NCBI GenBank assembly: GCA_038087875.1
Contig: JAXLNO010000213.1
Coordinates: 248,001-312,000 of the forward strand
Length of the DNA stretch: 64,000 nt
Direction of reading: 5' to 3'
Source of the DNA: Malacoraja senta
Taxonomy: Eukaryota
Translations under genes and position numbers: made by a program
The notes under the pieces: generated by a model
The model's database searches: none
The model's input: the letters and a program-made list of their open reading frames with translations, nothing else
What the model was told of the DNA's origin: nothing
Shown: piece by piece, positions 1 to 12,740 of the stretch
How the letters are laid out: each line of letters opens with the position of its first letter
Position numbering within the stretch: the stretch's first letter is position 1

Positions 1-432
1 ACAAGCATGAGGTGCAATAGTAATTTAGAAAAACAAATAAATAAATAAAAGGTATCTGGACCTGGTAATGGGAGGTAAAATAAAAACAGACTTGGTTGGT
101 AGTTCCTTCTCTATGAAGTATGGTATAAGAGTTATAATAGAGCGATTGTTCCTTCTTTCTTTCTCTTTTTTTTTCTAGGGTCTATTTTCTAACTTTACTT
201 CCTTCTCTAACTTCTTTTCTAAGGGGCTTTCTTTTCCCAACACTCTTTTGCACTTCACAACCTTTGCGCACTTTCTTCACTTTTCTTACTTCTTTCTTTT
301 TCTTTCTTAAAGTTTAAAAAAGTGAAGCGGTACAAAAAATGTATTAATATATACGTGTTGTACATTACTGTAATCTACCGTACTTCTAAAAAATAAAAAA
401 AATAAAAAAAAAATAAAAAAAAATAAAAAAAA
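1..432 (+). mobile_element. 3' UTR and A-rich tail of an L1-clade LINE (truncated by window start)
   Basis: Pyrimidine-rich stretch followed by TACTTCTA and an (A)nT tail. The same TACTTCTA-A-rich ending occurs on the minus strand at the 3' end of the full-length L1 (about 54094-54130). Confidence 0.7.
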
Positions 433-948
433 AGTATTAAATCCCCCCATTATAATAAATGGGCCTAATTTTGTTACTTTTATTAAAATAAATAAAACCA
501 TTAACTGATTACATTCAAATGTTGTGGTTATGCATTGTTGATTGTGCTTACTCAAATAGAGTCAATCGATGCAGTGAACACCTGGATTTGAATCCACGGT
601 GTGAAATCACAGAGCTTTGAAATCTTCACGTGACTCCGAAGTAAAATAGTAAGATTAAACGAGAACTTACCAAGTTTGAAGTTTGATCTTTATTTTATGA
701 GTAACGTTGAGGGATTACGTGCCCTCCGCTCCCACCCTCATAAAAAGATCAAGCTGGTAGTTCTAAGTCTTTATGCATCTTACTATCATACTTCAGTAAT
801 TATCGTCTGTGATTGTCACTCCGATGCTTTGAAGGATTGACGCGTATGCGGCTGGACGGGGTCTTCTTCACGTAATCCCTCAACGTTACTCCTCATAAAA
901 TAAAGATCAAACTTCAAACTTGGTAAGTTCTCGTTTAATCTTACTATT
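433..948 (+). mobile_element. Right end of a DIRS-like (tyrosine recombinase) retroelement or a non-autonomous derivative
   Basis: Near-perfect inverted repeat 645-721 / 869-948 (AATAGTAAGATTAAACGAGAACTTACC...GGGATTACGTG), with CTTCACGT repeated at about 624 and 866, resembling DIRS ICR/ITR architecture. It interrupts the paralogous GPCR intron sequence, which is uninterrupted at about 28000. Confidence 0.55.
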
Positions 949-1112
949 CTCCCCACATTCTTATCAACTGTTGTCCATCCAGTATACATTAGTTACAGAA
1001 ACCACTAATAGGCAGTAGCTCAATTGTATGTGGGAGGAAACAAGAGGGCAGCCAGGAGTAGCGCGGCGTCGGAGGACGAACGATGAAACATTGCACAAAA
1101 AGCACGGGAGGT

Positions 1113-1325
1113 AAGTTCCCTGCCACAGAGGGCAGTGGAGGCCAAATCGCTGGATGGATTTAAGAGAGAATTAGATAGAGCTCTAAGGGCTAGTGGAATC
1201 AAAGCATATGGAGAGAAGGCAGGCACGAGTTATTTATTGGGGACGATCAGCTACGATCACAATGAATGGCGGTGTTGGATCTAAGGTCCGAATGGCCTCC
1301 TTCTGCACCTATTTTCTATGTTTCT
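1113..1325 (+). mobile_element. CR1-clade LINE 3' end, specific to this duplicate
   Basis: Typical tail (..GGCCGAATGGCCTCCT..CACCTATTTTCTATG); absent from the paralogous site near 27810. Confidence 0.85.
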
Positions 1326-1789
1326 CTGTAAAGATTGAACCTGCGTCACCGGAACTGTGTGACACCCGCAGTACTGACTGTGGCACGGTGGCGAAGATGT
1401 ACAGATACATCTGCGGATATAAATTCTAATTATCAGATCGCCCGAAGGAGAGGACATTAAGATAAATAACATTCACTGATATAAAAATTCCTGACAGCAT
1501 TTGTTTACATCTGAATTAACGCATATTAACGCCGTGACGCTTTCACAGACTTAGAAACCAGCACGTCACATTCACTTGCTTTATCTAATGAGCTGTAGAA
1601 TTACAGGTCTAAAACGGGATTATGCTTCACGCAGCGACGACTGCAGAAAATATATAGGTTATATATTCAGTTAAGCAGGGTTGTCCGATTGGGAACAGAT
1701 GTCATTTCACTAACTGGTTTCAGACTATCCATGGAAGGAGCCCAAGGTGCCATACTCTCAGCTCCTGGTCAACATATATCCAATCTCAG

Positions 1790-2323
1790 GGTCCCGTAAT
1801 TTGAAGAAGGACATTCTTGGTATTGACGGAGTGCAGCGTAGGTTCATCAGGTTAATTCACGGGATGGCGGGACTGTCATATTCTGAAAGAATGGAGCGGC
1901 TGGGCTTGTATACTCTGGAATTTAGAAGGATGAGAGGGAATCGTATTGAAACATGTACGATTATTAAGGGGTTGGACACGCTAGAGGCAGGAAACATCCC
2001 GATGTTGGGGGAGTCCAGAACCATGGGCCACAGTTTAAGAATATGAGGTGAGCTATTTAGAACGGAGACGATGAAACACTTTTCCTCACCGAGAGTTGTG
2101 AGCCTGTGGAATTATCTGCCTCCGAGGGCGGTGGAGGCAGGTTCTCTGGATATTTTCTAGAGAGATCTAGATATAGCTCTTAAAGATAGCGGAGTCAGGG
2201 GATATGGGGAAAAGGCAGGAACGGGGTACGATTGGGGATGATTAGCCATGATCACATTGAATGGCGGTGGTGGCTCGAAGGGCCGAATGGCCGACTCCTG
2301 CAACTATTGTCTATTGTCTATTG
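1790..2323 (+). mobile_element. CR1-clade LINE RT C-terminus and 3' UTR
   Basis: GVQRRFIRLI..GLSYSERMERLGLYTLEFRRMRG motif; (CTATTGT)n tail. Confidence 0.9.
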
Positions 2324-2493
2324 TGATTATCTGATACCTGCTCTCTGGTCAGGGCTCTGGCCAACGCATTCAGTACAAAGAATGCCAGGCCAGGATCAAC
2401 AACGGGCATGACGTACAAATCGGCAGCGCCGGAGAACACGGAATGTCTCCCAGCTAATGCACGTACATGAAAATCAAAGACCAAACAAATTAC

Positions 2494-2563
2494 CGGAAAC
2501 AGCGACAGCCGCTATTGCAGGGTTATATATATCTTCAATTCGATAGATCAATGGACATCCCAC
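2494..2563 (-). pseudogene. Exon 1 of a GPR139-like GPCR paralog, start codon ATG->GTG; exon 2 would lie left of the window
   Basis: Reads (V)GCPLIYRIEDIYNPAIAAVAVS then phase-1 donor G|GTAATT; colinear with exon 1 at 26125-26194. Confidence 0.75.
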
Positions 2564-3067
2564 AGCTGGAAGACACAATTAACGCCCGTGACTCCGTCAG
2601 CCCGTCAACGCTGCAGCTCTGTGGCGATGCGTTTTGGTGGGCACCCAGATATATAGAGCGATAGGTCTCCAGCGGCATGACGTCATAACAGCTGATTGTC
2701 ATTAGTGACACTCACAAAACAAACACCTTGCATCACAGCCGCTGAATCCACCACGGGATGTTACAAGCAAATAATTGAAGGATCGACTGAAAAAAACACA
2801 AAACGAGTCGCTGAACTCTGAAACCTAAATAACGGTCTCGATCCGAAAAGTCACCTGTACATGTTCACAAAAGCCGTTGCACGATCCCTTGAGTTACTCC
2901 AGCAGTTTACTTCGATGAAAGTAAGAATTAATGTTTTCCAATGAAAGAATGATCCATGGCGCTGTGTTAATTCATTTAATGTTGGTGTGATTGCGATGAA
3001 TTTCTCCAGGATTCCAGACTGAATTATAAATGTATCTAAACTACCAGCACTGAATCATCCGGTACAT

Positions 3068-3265
3068 GCAAACCACGTCTCCTGACTCCGCTATCTTTAA
3101 GAGCCCTATCTAGCTCTCCCTTGAAAATATCCAGATAACCGGCCTGAGGCAGACAATTCCATAGACTCACAACTCTCTGTGAGAAATAGTGTTTCCTCGT
3201 CTCCGTTCCAAATGGCTTACCCCTTATTCTTAAACTGTGCGTGGCCCCTGGTTCTGGACTCCCCG
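3068..3265 (-). mobile_element. CR1 3' fragment
   Basis: Matches other CR1 tails in the window. Confidence 0.8.
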
Positions 3266-3429
3266 TTCACCTAAAGTATTAGTCTCAGTACTTCTTAAAT
3301 GTGGTGACAGTCACTGCGACCACCATCCTCTCAGGAATTGCACTGGTCCCATAGCAGAAGCGTCCACGTCGCGGGGCTGGAACCTGGAAGTATTACGAGC
3401 TAATTCTGCAACCACCATCATCATCTTTC

Positions 3430-4045
3430 GACTCCACAGTCAAAAAGACACAACAGTTGATGTACTTCCTACGGCAGCTGAGGAAGTACAATCTGCCACA
3501 GGCAATGATGGTCCAATTCTACACGGCCATCGTAGAGTCTGTTCTCACCTTCTTCATCATGGTCTGGTTTGGATCAGCCACCAAGCACGACACCTGGAGG
3601 CTGCAGCGAATCGTCCGATCAGCAGAGAAGGTTATTGGCTGCAATCTTCCCTCCATTGCCGAACTGTGCACTGCAAGGGCCAGGAAGCGAGTGGGCAAGA
3701 TCATCTCTGACCTCTCTCACCCTGGCCACAAACTCTTTGAATCACTTCCCTCTGGAAGGCGACTCAGGATTGTCAAAGCTGCCACAGCCAGACATAAAAA
3801 CTGTTTTTATCCACGAGTAGTTGCTCTACTCAACAGCCCAAAATCTGTCGCCTCCATTTGATCTGGTATTTTGTTGGTTCACATGATCTATGGTGTTTTA
3901 TTATTAATGTTTTATTATTATTAATGTTTATTGTTTTCTGAGTCATCCGTAACTGTCACTGTATGTCATGTTGTCACGTGGGCGGAGCACTAAGGCAAAT
4001 TCCTTGTATGTGAATACTTGGCCAATAAACTTACTTACTTACTTA
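3430..4045 (+). mobile_element. Rex1/Babar-type LINE 3' end
   Basis: YFLRQLRK..FYTAIVESVLTF..VWFGS peptide and (TACT)n tail; same family at 31130-31537, 49670-50281 and 61691-62095. Confidence 0.8.
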
Positions 4046-4287
4046 TTGCGTCAAGTGGTGGCTGCCACTAATTGGCTCCGGATGCTTGCGTCCTTTTCAG
4101 GACCGACATGACAGCGAGGTCAACATTTGTAGCAAGAAGGACTCGAAAAGAAGAAGGAAATGCACTCCATATGGCATCACTGCAGCAAATTATCTTCCTA
4201 GTCTCATCTCCAAACGATTCACTCCTCATCTTAAACTTGTGTCATTGTTTAAATTGGCTGTGGGGATACGTTTTCTACCATCAAGCC

Positions 4288-4288
<1 letters not shown>

Positions 4289-4329
<41 letters not shown>

Positions 4330-4346
4330 TATTATTATTATTATAG

Positions 4347-4382
<36 letters not shown>

Positions 4383-4392
4383 CATTAATAAT
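4289..4392. repeat. (AAT)n microsatellite
   Basis: Directly visible. Confidence 0.95.
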
Positions 4393-4499
4393 ATGCCTTT
4401 ATTGTCATTGTACTCAGAAATACAACGACATTCGGAGAGCTCCTGATCAGTGCAACCAAAACAAGTTAAAACAAGATAAAAACACATCCAATACATTCA

Positions 4500-6156
4500 A
4501 TAGACAATAGACAATAGACAACATACAACAGACAATAGGTGCAGGAGGAGGCCATTCGGCCCTTCGATCTTGCACCGCCATTCAATGTGATCATGGCTGA
4601 TCATCCCCAATCAGTACCCCGTTCCTGCCTTCTCCCCATATCCCCTGACTCCGCTATTTTTAAGAGCCCTATCTAGCTCTCTCTTGGAAGCATCCAGAGA
4701 ACCGGCCTCCACCGCCCTCTGAGGCAGAGAATTCCACAGACTCACCACTCCCTGTGAGAAAAATATTCCTCGTCTTCGTTCTAAATGGCTTACTCATTAT
4801 TCTTAAACTGTGGCCCCTGGTTCCGGACTCCCCCAACATCGGGAACATGTTTCCTGCCTCTAGCGAGTCCAAGCCCTTAACAATCTTATATGTTTCAATG
4901 AGATACCCTCTCATCCTTCTAAACACCAGAGTGTACAAGCCCAACTGCTCCATTCTCCCAGCATATGATAGTCCCGCAATCCCTGGTATTAACCTTGTAA
5001 ACCTACGCTGCACTCCCTCAATAGCAAGAATATCCTTCCTCAAATTAGGGGACCAAAACTGCACATAATACTCCAGATGTGGTCTCACTAGGGCTCTATA
5101 CAACTGCTGAAGCACCTATTTGCTCCTATATTCGATTCCTCTTGTTATAAAGGCCTACGTGCTATTCGCCTTCTTCACTGCCTGCTGCACCTGCATGCTT
5201 ACTTTCATAGACTGGTATATATAGATACATAGAAAATAGGTGCAGGAGTAGGCCATTCGGCCCTTCGAGCCTGCACCGCCTTTCAATATGATCATGGCTG
5301 ATCATCCAACTCAGTATTACGAACCTGCCTTCTCTCCATACCCCCTGATCCCTTTAGCCACAAGGGCCACATCTAACTCCCTCTTAAATATAGCCAATGA
5401 ACTGGCCTCCACTACCCTCTGTGGCAGAGAGTTCCAGAGATTCACCACTCTCTGTGTGAAAACGTGTTTTCTCATCTCGGTCTTAAAGGATTTCCCCCTT
5501 ATCCTTAAGCTGTGACCCCTTGTCCTGGACTTCCCCAACATCGGGAACAACCTTCCTGCATCTAGCCTGTCCAACCCCCATAAGAATTTTGTAAGTTTCT
5601 ATAAGATCGCCTCTCAATCTCCTAAATTCTAGCGAGTATAAGCCGAGTCTATCCAGTCTTTCTTCATATGAAAGTCCTGACATCCCAGGAATCAGTCTGG
5701 TGAACATTCTCTGCACTCCCTCTATGGCTATAATGTCCTTCCTCAGATTTGGAGACCAAAACTGTACGCAATACTCCAGGTGTGGTCTCACCAAGACCCT
5801 GTACAACTGCAGTAGAACCTCCCTGCTCCTATACTCAAATCCTTTTGCTATGAAAGCTAACATATGTACAAGGACCCCCCAGATCCCGTTGTACTTCACC
5901 TTTTCCCAACTTGACGCCATTTAGATAGTAATCTGCCTTCCTGTTTTTGCTACCAAAGTGGATAACCTCACATTTATCCGCATTAAACTTAATCTGCCAT
6001 GCATCTGCCCACTCCCCCAACCTGTCCAAGTCACCCTGCATGCTCATAGCATCCTCCTCACATTTCACACTGCCACCCAGCTTTGTGTCATCTGCAAATT
6101 TGCGAATGTTACTTTGAATCCCTTCATCCAAATCATTGATGTATATCGTAAATAGC
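4500..6156 (-). mobile_element. Two adjacent 5'-truncated CR1 LINE copies
   Basis: ORFs 4669-5115, 5483-5920 and 5835-6158 contain FADDTKLG and [15 protein letters not shown]; 3' tails at about 4500 and 5220. Confidence 0.9.
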
Positions 6157-6339
6157 ATTCAATACGTTATTTAACTGCTTAAATTAGTAGATACATTATA
6201 ATTATCACACCTAGGTAGAACATTGCACTGGGTGAACATTGCAATTTAATATTGAAAAAATAGTTTAAATGATTTTTTTAAAAGAAGGAATATTAGCTGA
6301 GTGGTCTATTTTATTGTGGTATGGATGACAGCATTCTCA

Positions 6340-6620
6340 TGTCGTGTGGATATTTGAGGAGTTTAGAGTTCTAATGGCGCATGGAAAGAAACTGTTCTTG
6401 AGTATGTTTGTCCGGCTTTTCACGCACCTGTACTGCCTACCAGAGGGCAGGAGGTTGAACAGGAACTGTCCAGGATGGCAAGGGGTCTTTGATTATGCTG
6501 CTGGCTCTACAGAGGCACACAGAGCTGCAGATATCTTCCAGGGAAGGCAGAGGGCAGCCGATGATTTTCTGGGCAGTTTGGATCACTTTCTGCAGGGCTC
6601 TCCTGTCTGCTGCTGAGCCA
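6340..6620 (-). mobile_element. Rex1/Babar-type LINE fragment
   Basis: ADRRALQKVIQTAQKIIGCPLPSLEDI peptide. Confidence 0.7.
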
Positions 6621-6787
6621 CTTCTTGTCTTCTGCCATCTAGCGAACCTGCTATCCATTCTAGTATCTGCCCGCTGATACCGTGGGCTCTCAACTTTCTA
6701 AGAATACTAACGTGGCTCCTTATCAAAGGCTTTCTGAAAATCTAACACTTTGAATCACTTCCCTCTGGTAGGCGACTCCGGACTGTC

Positions 6788-7541
6788 TTGGTTTCTTGGT
6801 TTCTTGGTCCTCCAAAATATTCCAAATGGAACTTAAACTGGAGGTGGTGGAGGGAGGATTTAAGCCAGAATGGTTTTTTGGGAAGAAAGAGCTACCTTAA
6901 ATTTGTATCTGTTTGGGTAACTATGGTAGGTTGAAGATTATTCCATGCTTTAATTGTGCGGGGGAAGAACGAATTGTTGTAAACATATGTCTTGGTAGCT
7001 GGAATCTCAAATTGGATTGAATGCCCTCGTCTGTTCCTAGTTGGTTTGGGTTTGGTGTAGGTCTTGTAATCTATGTCGAGCTGACCTTTTAACATTTTGT
7101 AAAAACAGGGCAAACGGTGAGCTTCACGTCTGTCTTGGAGAGGGTTTCACCGCAGTGAATTCAGAAGTTTGGTAACACTCGCTTCTCTCTCATAGGTGTT
7201 AGTAACAAATCGAGCTGCCTGTATATGGACACGTTCGATGGAAGAAATGCTTTTATTTGTGTATGGATCCCATGATGCAACTGCGTAGTCCAAATAAGGT
7301 CTAACGAAGGTAAAGTATAGCTTCTCCTTGACAGAAGTTGAACAATGATGAAAGTTGCGCCTCAGAAAATTTAGGACACCTGTTGCTTTCACCGTTGCAT
7401 GATGAGCCTGACCATTCCAACGCAGACCATTCTGCAATTTGATGCCAAGGTACTTAATTTGTTTGGATTCTTCAAGGGTGGCACCAAGTATATTGTCAGA
7501 TGTTTCGCCTGGATTCCTCTTTCTGGTGACACGCATGGTTT
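6788..7541 (-). mobile_element. Divergent CR1/L2-group LINE 3' portion nested in a Rex remnant
   Basis: KYLGI..LNFLRRN..VRPYLDYA..WDPY and FFPRTIKAWNNL peptides; (CCAAGAAA)n tail; splits the Rex sequence GACTGTC|AAAGCTG. Confidence 0.75.
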
Positions 7542-7628
7542 CAAAGCTGTTACAGCCAGACACAAAATCAACATTTTTCCACGAGTAGAAGTGCTACTCA
7601 AAAACCAAAAATCTGTAGCCTCCTTTTA

Positions 7629-10600
7629 TAGCAATGTTACGAAATTTTGAGATTTTAAAAATCAAGTCTGCAATTTATCCCATCAGATAAAGCTTTAAAA
7701 CAAGTTTAATTTGACACCTAATTCACGTTCATATCTTCAGTATTAAAAACGTTATGGCCATTTTCATACTCGCAAATTAGCATCTTGTTCCCTTTTGTTT
7801 TTCCATTGACTTAACACAAAAGCTGTGATCGAGGACAGTCAAAAGCCCATAACTTACTTAAAAATTAAAGGAACTGAATGACATTTTCAGTTATCATAGA
7901 TTGAAGCATTCTGAAACAAATATAAAACAATCTTACTTGGATGACCTGAAATTAAAACATAGAATTAGTTAGTTATTTAATTGTAGCCAATTACAAAATT
8001 GACCGTTGTGACAGAAATAGTCATAAACAACCAGACTGCATTGAAAATTCAAAAATTCAAGATCAGAACTTTAATATTATTGTATTATCTGCTGTGTCCG
8101 TTATAGATAGTTAAATAATTTATAATTTCTCGCAATAGACCAAGTCTTTATGGAGAAGATCAGCTGCTAGCTGGTACATTGGCATATCAAAATCAGTAGC
8201 ATCATCATACTCCTCGGATTGCAACCAATAAGCAACTCTGTACACGTTGTTTTTCCTCAACTTTTCAATTTTGGCATTGTAAACTACAAGTTTTTGCTCT
8301 TCAAACCACGCATGACATGTCTTTCTGCCCACTTCTTTCCCATTAAGAATGTCCTGTAGATCATCACATTTGGAGTAGTCCAAATTCGGATCTCTGCGAA
8401 TGCTGATTAAGTGTCTTAGAATTGTTTCCCATTTTTTTCCTCTCTTTCGTGTCCCGAGCATGCTCCTTGCCTTTCTGTCGCTTGATGATTTCTGCTCTCA
8501 ATTCCTTCTTTTTTCTTCCGTCTGTTCCTCTGCATGCTCCCCCATGTCACTGCCTTACAGAGCACCTCCCTACGTTGCTCCTGGAGATTATCAAGGTAGT
8601 TGACTGTTCTATTCTTGCAGGCCCTACATGACAAATAAGACATGGTGGCATTGGGAGATTACTGTTTCGATGAGCTAAACATCCCCATTATCTCCTCCGC
8701 ATCAATGTTGTGTGATCTCGCGGAGGCAGTCTTCCCTTTCAGTTTCTCAGTTACATCAAGTTCAAAGTATTTACTATACTGCCCCTCCAGCACAGTGATG
8801 ACAGCTTGAAGACAGCTCCTCATCTTTGAACTGAACTGTGGATGTACTGGTAGCTCCCGAAGTTTTGTCAACGTGGCGTCAAGATGTACCTCCTCACCGA
8901 AGAAATCTTCCCTTGCCAATATCAAGTTGTCTGGATTTTCTGTGGCTTCCTTTAGAGCAGCAATCACCCCTTTAATCGCTTTGATGCCACCAACATGGTA
9001 GATCTGATTCTGGCTTGAAGTGTAGAAGCGCTTCATCCAAGGCCCAGTCAGATATTTGCCAAGTAAGCCTAATATCTGAAGTTCCACTTTTGCTTCAGCC
9101 TGGGTGAAGTCATGGAGGATGGCGCTTCTCAACCCCCGACAGGATGTTCCGCTATTCAGCAGGACAACAGTCATCATAATATTCTATCAGCTTGCCACAA
9201 ATATGAAACAGTATGTGCAATCTGTTGCCACGGTACAGTGGGAGGACACCTCGGGGGATGTTCCTGTCATCTAAAAATGCGACAAATCCTCTTGGGTCCC
9301 CTTTTCCGTTTTTGTACCGAAGTTTGCTCATTTGCAGTGGATTTACTGCTAGACAGTCTTTCCCAAACAAGAATCGTCCTCCGGATTGTTTCTGCATTTT
9401 GAGGGCTGAGCGAACTGATGTAGCAATGGAGTCAAGAGGATGCAAATGGCAGTAGAGCTCGTTCAAATATTTACCCCGCTCACTACTCACAATCCTAATA
9501 GCAGCATGATTAGCTGCACACCTGTCACTCATTGTGTTTGAAATGTTGTCGATTATCTTTTGTCTGGTATCTTGAAAATCTGCTTGCTCATTGAAATAAG
9601 TGTACGTTTTACACAAATTGTCAACTGTTTCGCAAATATGTTGTGCATAGTCCTCAGCAGTCCCACCAGCCAATTCATCGACTGCTGCAGAGAGATATTT
9701 GTCTGTGGTGGTGAAATGAACACTGTTAATGTGGGTCTCTTCCTGTGTTGTTGCATCAAAACCCACAGTCAAACCCTTTGTTGCTAGGATCATCTCTGCT
9801 GTTTGCAACTCAGCTCCCAATTCTCGGGCCATAACTTCAACTGCACTGCGTCGAGGAACATAATCCAGATGAAGTCCACTCCGCTTGTAGAACTGGTTTA
9901 TCAAGATTGGAATGTTTGCTGTGGGAGTTTTGTTTACAATACAGTCAAACACATGCATCCTTGTTGTTGAGGAGTAAGTTTTCTGGCCCACCTTTGCCTT
10001 GACAATACTGGCAGCCTGCAGAGTTTCGATTGTTTCTTTGAGGACAAGAATGTCAAATTCGAGGCGTCTCACATCCTCTTCCCTGTCCTTTAAATTTTCA
10101 TGAACTTTTCGGTCCTGGTGAATTGAAACAGTTTTCCTCTTTTTCTTACTGCCACGAAACATCAGCAATTGTCTGTGTGCTTTTTTAAGTCTCAAAAGCT
10201 CTGCCTTGGTTTCAGCAAGCTCTTGTGCCAAAGTATTCCCACGTAATTTGGTTTTGAGTTCCTGAATCTTTCTGTCCTTTAAATCTATTTGTTTTTGCTT
10301 TCTCTTTAACGCTTGATTAACTGCACGTTTGGGAGTTTTCAACCGTGCCCTAAGTTCACTGATCTTTGTGTGATACTTTGTTGAAAGGGCAGCCCTGGAT
10401 TCGGACAGAAAGTTTAGTCTTTTCTTCAATTTCTGTTTCCTTGGTGAAATACTTAGAAATTCTCTGCTACATCTTGTTGAAACACTAGATGTCGATGGCG
10501 TTGGTTCAGGTGAGGCAGCAGCTGTCGTTGGCGTTGCTAGATTCAGTGGAGGATGCAGCCCATGACTGTCATCGCCCATGTCCTCTGTGTCTTGAAATAT

Positions 10601-11865
10601 GGGCACTTGGCTTTCAGTTGATGTCAAGGATTCAGGATCTTGAGCACCAGACAGTGGAATGTCATCAAAAGAAATATGTTGACTGCCTTCTGGAAGTTTA
10701 AAAGTTTCATCACAAATTTCCATAAATGTTTCAAATTCCTTGGGATGGGTGAGTTTTTTAAACTTAAGCAAAGACCGGTTAACAAGAGCATTCACTCTTA
10801 ACTTAACAGTACCAAATGAATAGCCTTCTGCATCCGACAAAGAGAAATGTGAACTCAGCGATTTCTCTGTTTCAGACAGACTTTTTCCAAACGAGGTATA
10901 CAAGTGCAAGATGTGTCCATTTTTAAGATCCCTCTTAGACTCAGGCATGACAGAGAAATCCACTTCAAGTTGAACTCTAGCTATGCCTGTCTGGGCTTTT
11001 GGATTGACAATTTTGCATTTCTTCTTTGCAGACATCTGTTTACAATGTAAACCCCCCCCCCACTAAACAGCATTAACAGAAACAAATTATTATTTGTAGT
11101 TTTAGAGAAAAAAGGTAGAAATGATAAAGTTAAACGCTAAAACAAATAGTAAATACTCAACAAGAAATTCATATTCATCAGTTTCATCTAAATTCAATTA
11201 CTAGATCTAAACATCTATCCATTTCTTAAGAAAAGGTTAACATTTTTAAATAGCCTAATTGTCCAAATGACATTCACACAAGAATTCACAATATAACATG
11301 ATGTTTAAATCTCATTGTCATGAATTTATAGGCCAAATGGAAGGAATTTAGTGTTTAATTCCCGTAAATTAATAGCCATGTAAATCATCTTGCGAGTGGG
11401 ATTTTGTGGAACGCGATCATTTGGAACGTTGCGGTTTGCGGTGAATTAAAACCCCATATCGGCAGGAAAAACGCTGCCGTTTCGTATGGGGCCTAAAGCA
11501 CCCTTTCGCATCGTAACATTTGGTTGAACGTAATCCTAAGAAGCGCGTTTATATGTAAAATAAACGGTTTAACTTTATCTGTCCCGAACGGGAGATCCGT
11601 CCCGTTGTCGGCGTTGACGGCGTTAGAAGTCGAATTTTATTTTACTCCAGCAATTAAATTATCCAGCGATGTTTTTTAGAAACTTGATAGAACGGATGTC
11701 GGACCGATTTCTCTGCAGCAACTAAACAGCCTGACAAAGATCTACTCCGACAGTCTGGAGAAAAACGGCATTTTAATCCCGCCCCCTCTCAAAGGCGCCA
11801 AAGTCGCGCACACGGCCAGTGGCAGAACTGCAGCGCCGCTGAAGGTAAGTATTGTAACATACCTA
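7629..11865 (-). mobile_element. hAT-related (DDE, CxxH insertion domain) DNA transposon, near full length
   Basis: Imperfect terminal inverted repeats TAGCAATGTTACGA / TAGGTATGTTACAA enclose a long transposase reading frame; no TSD recognisable. Confidence 0.75.
8120..11035 (-). pseudogene. Frameshifted DDE transposase (ORF pieces 9152-11035, 8659-9177, 8416-8643, 8120-8461)
   Basis: Putative catalytic motifs GFDATT, MSDRCAAN, CHLH (CxxH), RGNRLHILF, NIDAEEIMG; about three frame breaks. Confidence 0.75.
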
Positions 11866-12068
11866 CAATCAGCTGATCTCACGATTTTTTAAACATTCAT
11901 AACTTTATTTCACCGATCGGAAAAGAACCTTGGGGTGGCAGGAGCGGAGGAGGACGCTGCGTATGATGGCATAAACATCTTAACGATATAGAGAAGCGTT
12001 TTTTTCTAAAATCAATTTACAACGTAGACAGGAAGTGGTCAAGATGAGACTTTTACTATTAGTATAGA
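11866..12068 (-). mobile_element. 5' end of a non-autonomous Helitron-like element
   Basis: Reverse complement begins A|TCTATACTAATAGTAAAAGTCTCATCTTGACCACTTCCTGTCT, matching the start at 18368. Confidence 0.6.
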
Positions 12069-12069
12069 T

Positions 12070-12740
12070 GTCCCGGACGGGACAACGAAATTCTTACGTA
12101 CTGCAGCACAACAGAATATGTGAATATATAAACATTGTATATGATGGGGGAAGAGTAAAAAGAAAACGTTTAACAAATAACAATATAGTGCAGATAACAA
12201 ATAATAATATAGTCTTTTGCAGATCAGAGCTCAGAGTCTATTCGTTGTCGTGTTTAATAGCCTGATGGCTGTGGGGAAGTAGCTGTTCCTGAACCTGGAC
12301 GTTACAGTCTTCAGGCTCCTGTACCTTCTTCTTGATGGCAATGGTGAGATGAGTGTGTGGCCAGGATGAGTGTGGGTGCTTGATGATTTTGGCTGCCTTT
12401 GTGAGGCAGCAACTACGATCGATCCCTTCGACGATGGGGAGGTCAGAGCCGGTGATGAATAGGGCTGTGGTCACAACATTTTGAATTTTTTTTCGCTCCT
12501 GGACGTTCAAGTTGCCGAACGGGGCCACGATTCAACCAGTCAGAATGCTCTCTACCGTGCACCTGTAGAGGTTTAGGAGGATCCTCTACGACGAGTTAGA
12601 TAGGGCTCTTAAAGATAGCGGAGTCAGGGGAAGGCAGGAACGGGGTACTGATTGGGGATGATCAGCCATGATGACATTGAATGGCGGTGCTGGCTCGAAG
12701 GGCCGAATGGCCTACTCCTGCACCTATTGTCTATTGTCCA
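12070..12740. mobile_element. Rex-type LINE 3' fragment (minus) abutting a CR1 3' tail (plus)
   Basis: ORF 12238-12528 resembles the Rex C-terminus; CR1 tail at 12592-12740. Confidence 0.7.

Larger units (their letters stand above)
949..2931 (-). repeat. Inverted segmental duplicate of 25764-28005 (GPCR promoter, exon 1, intron)
   Basis: Reverse complement aligns with 25764-28005 along unique sequence and shares the CR1 insertion (1790-2323 vs about 26450-26978). Confidence 0.95.

Noticed and set aside
4072..4446. Poly-Asn ORF
   Set aside because: Translation of (AAT)n; no recognisable domain.
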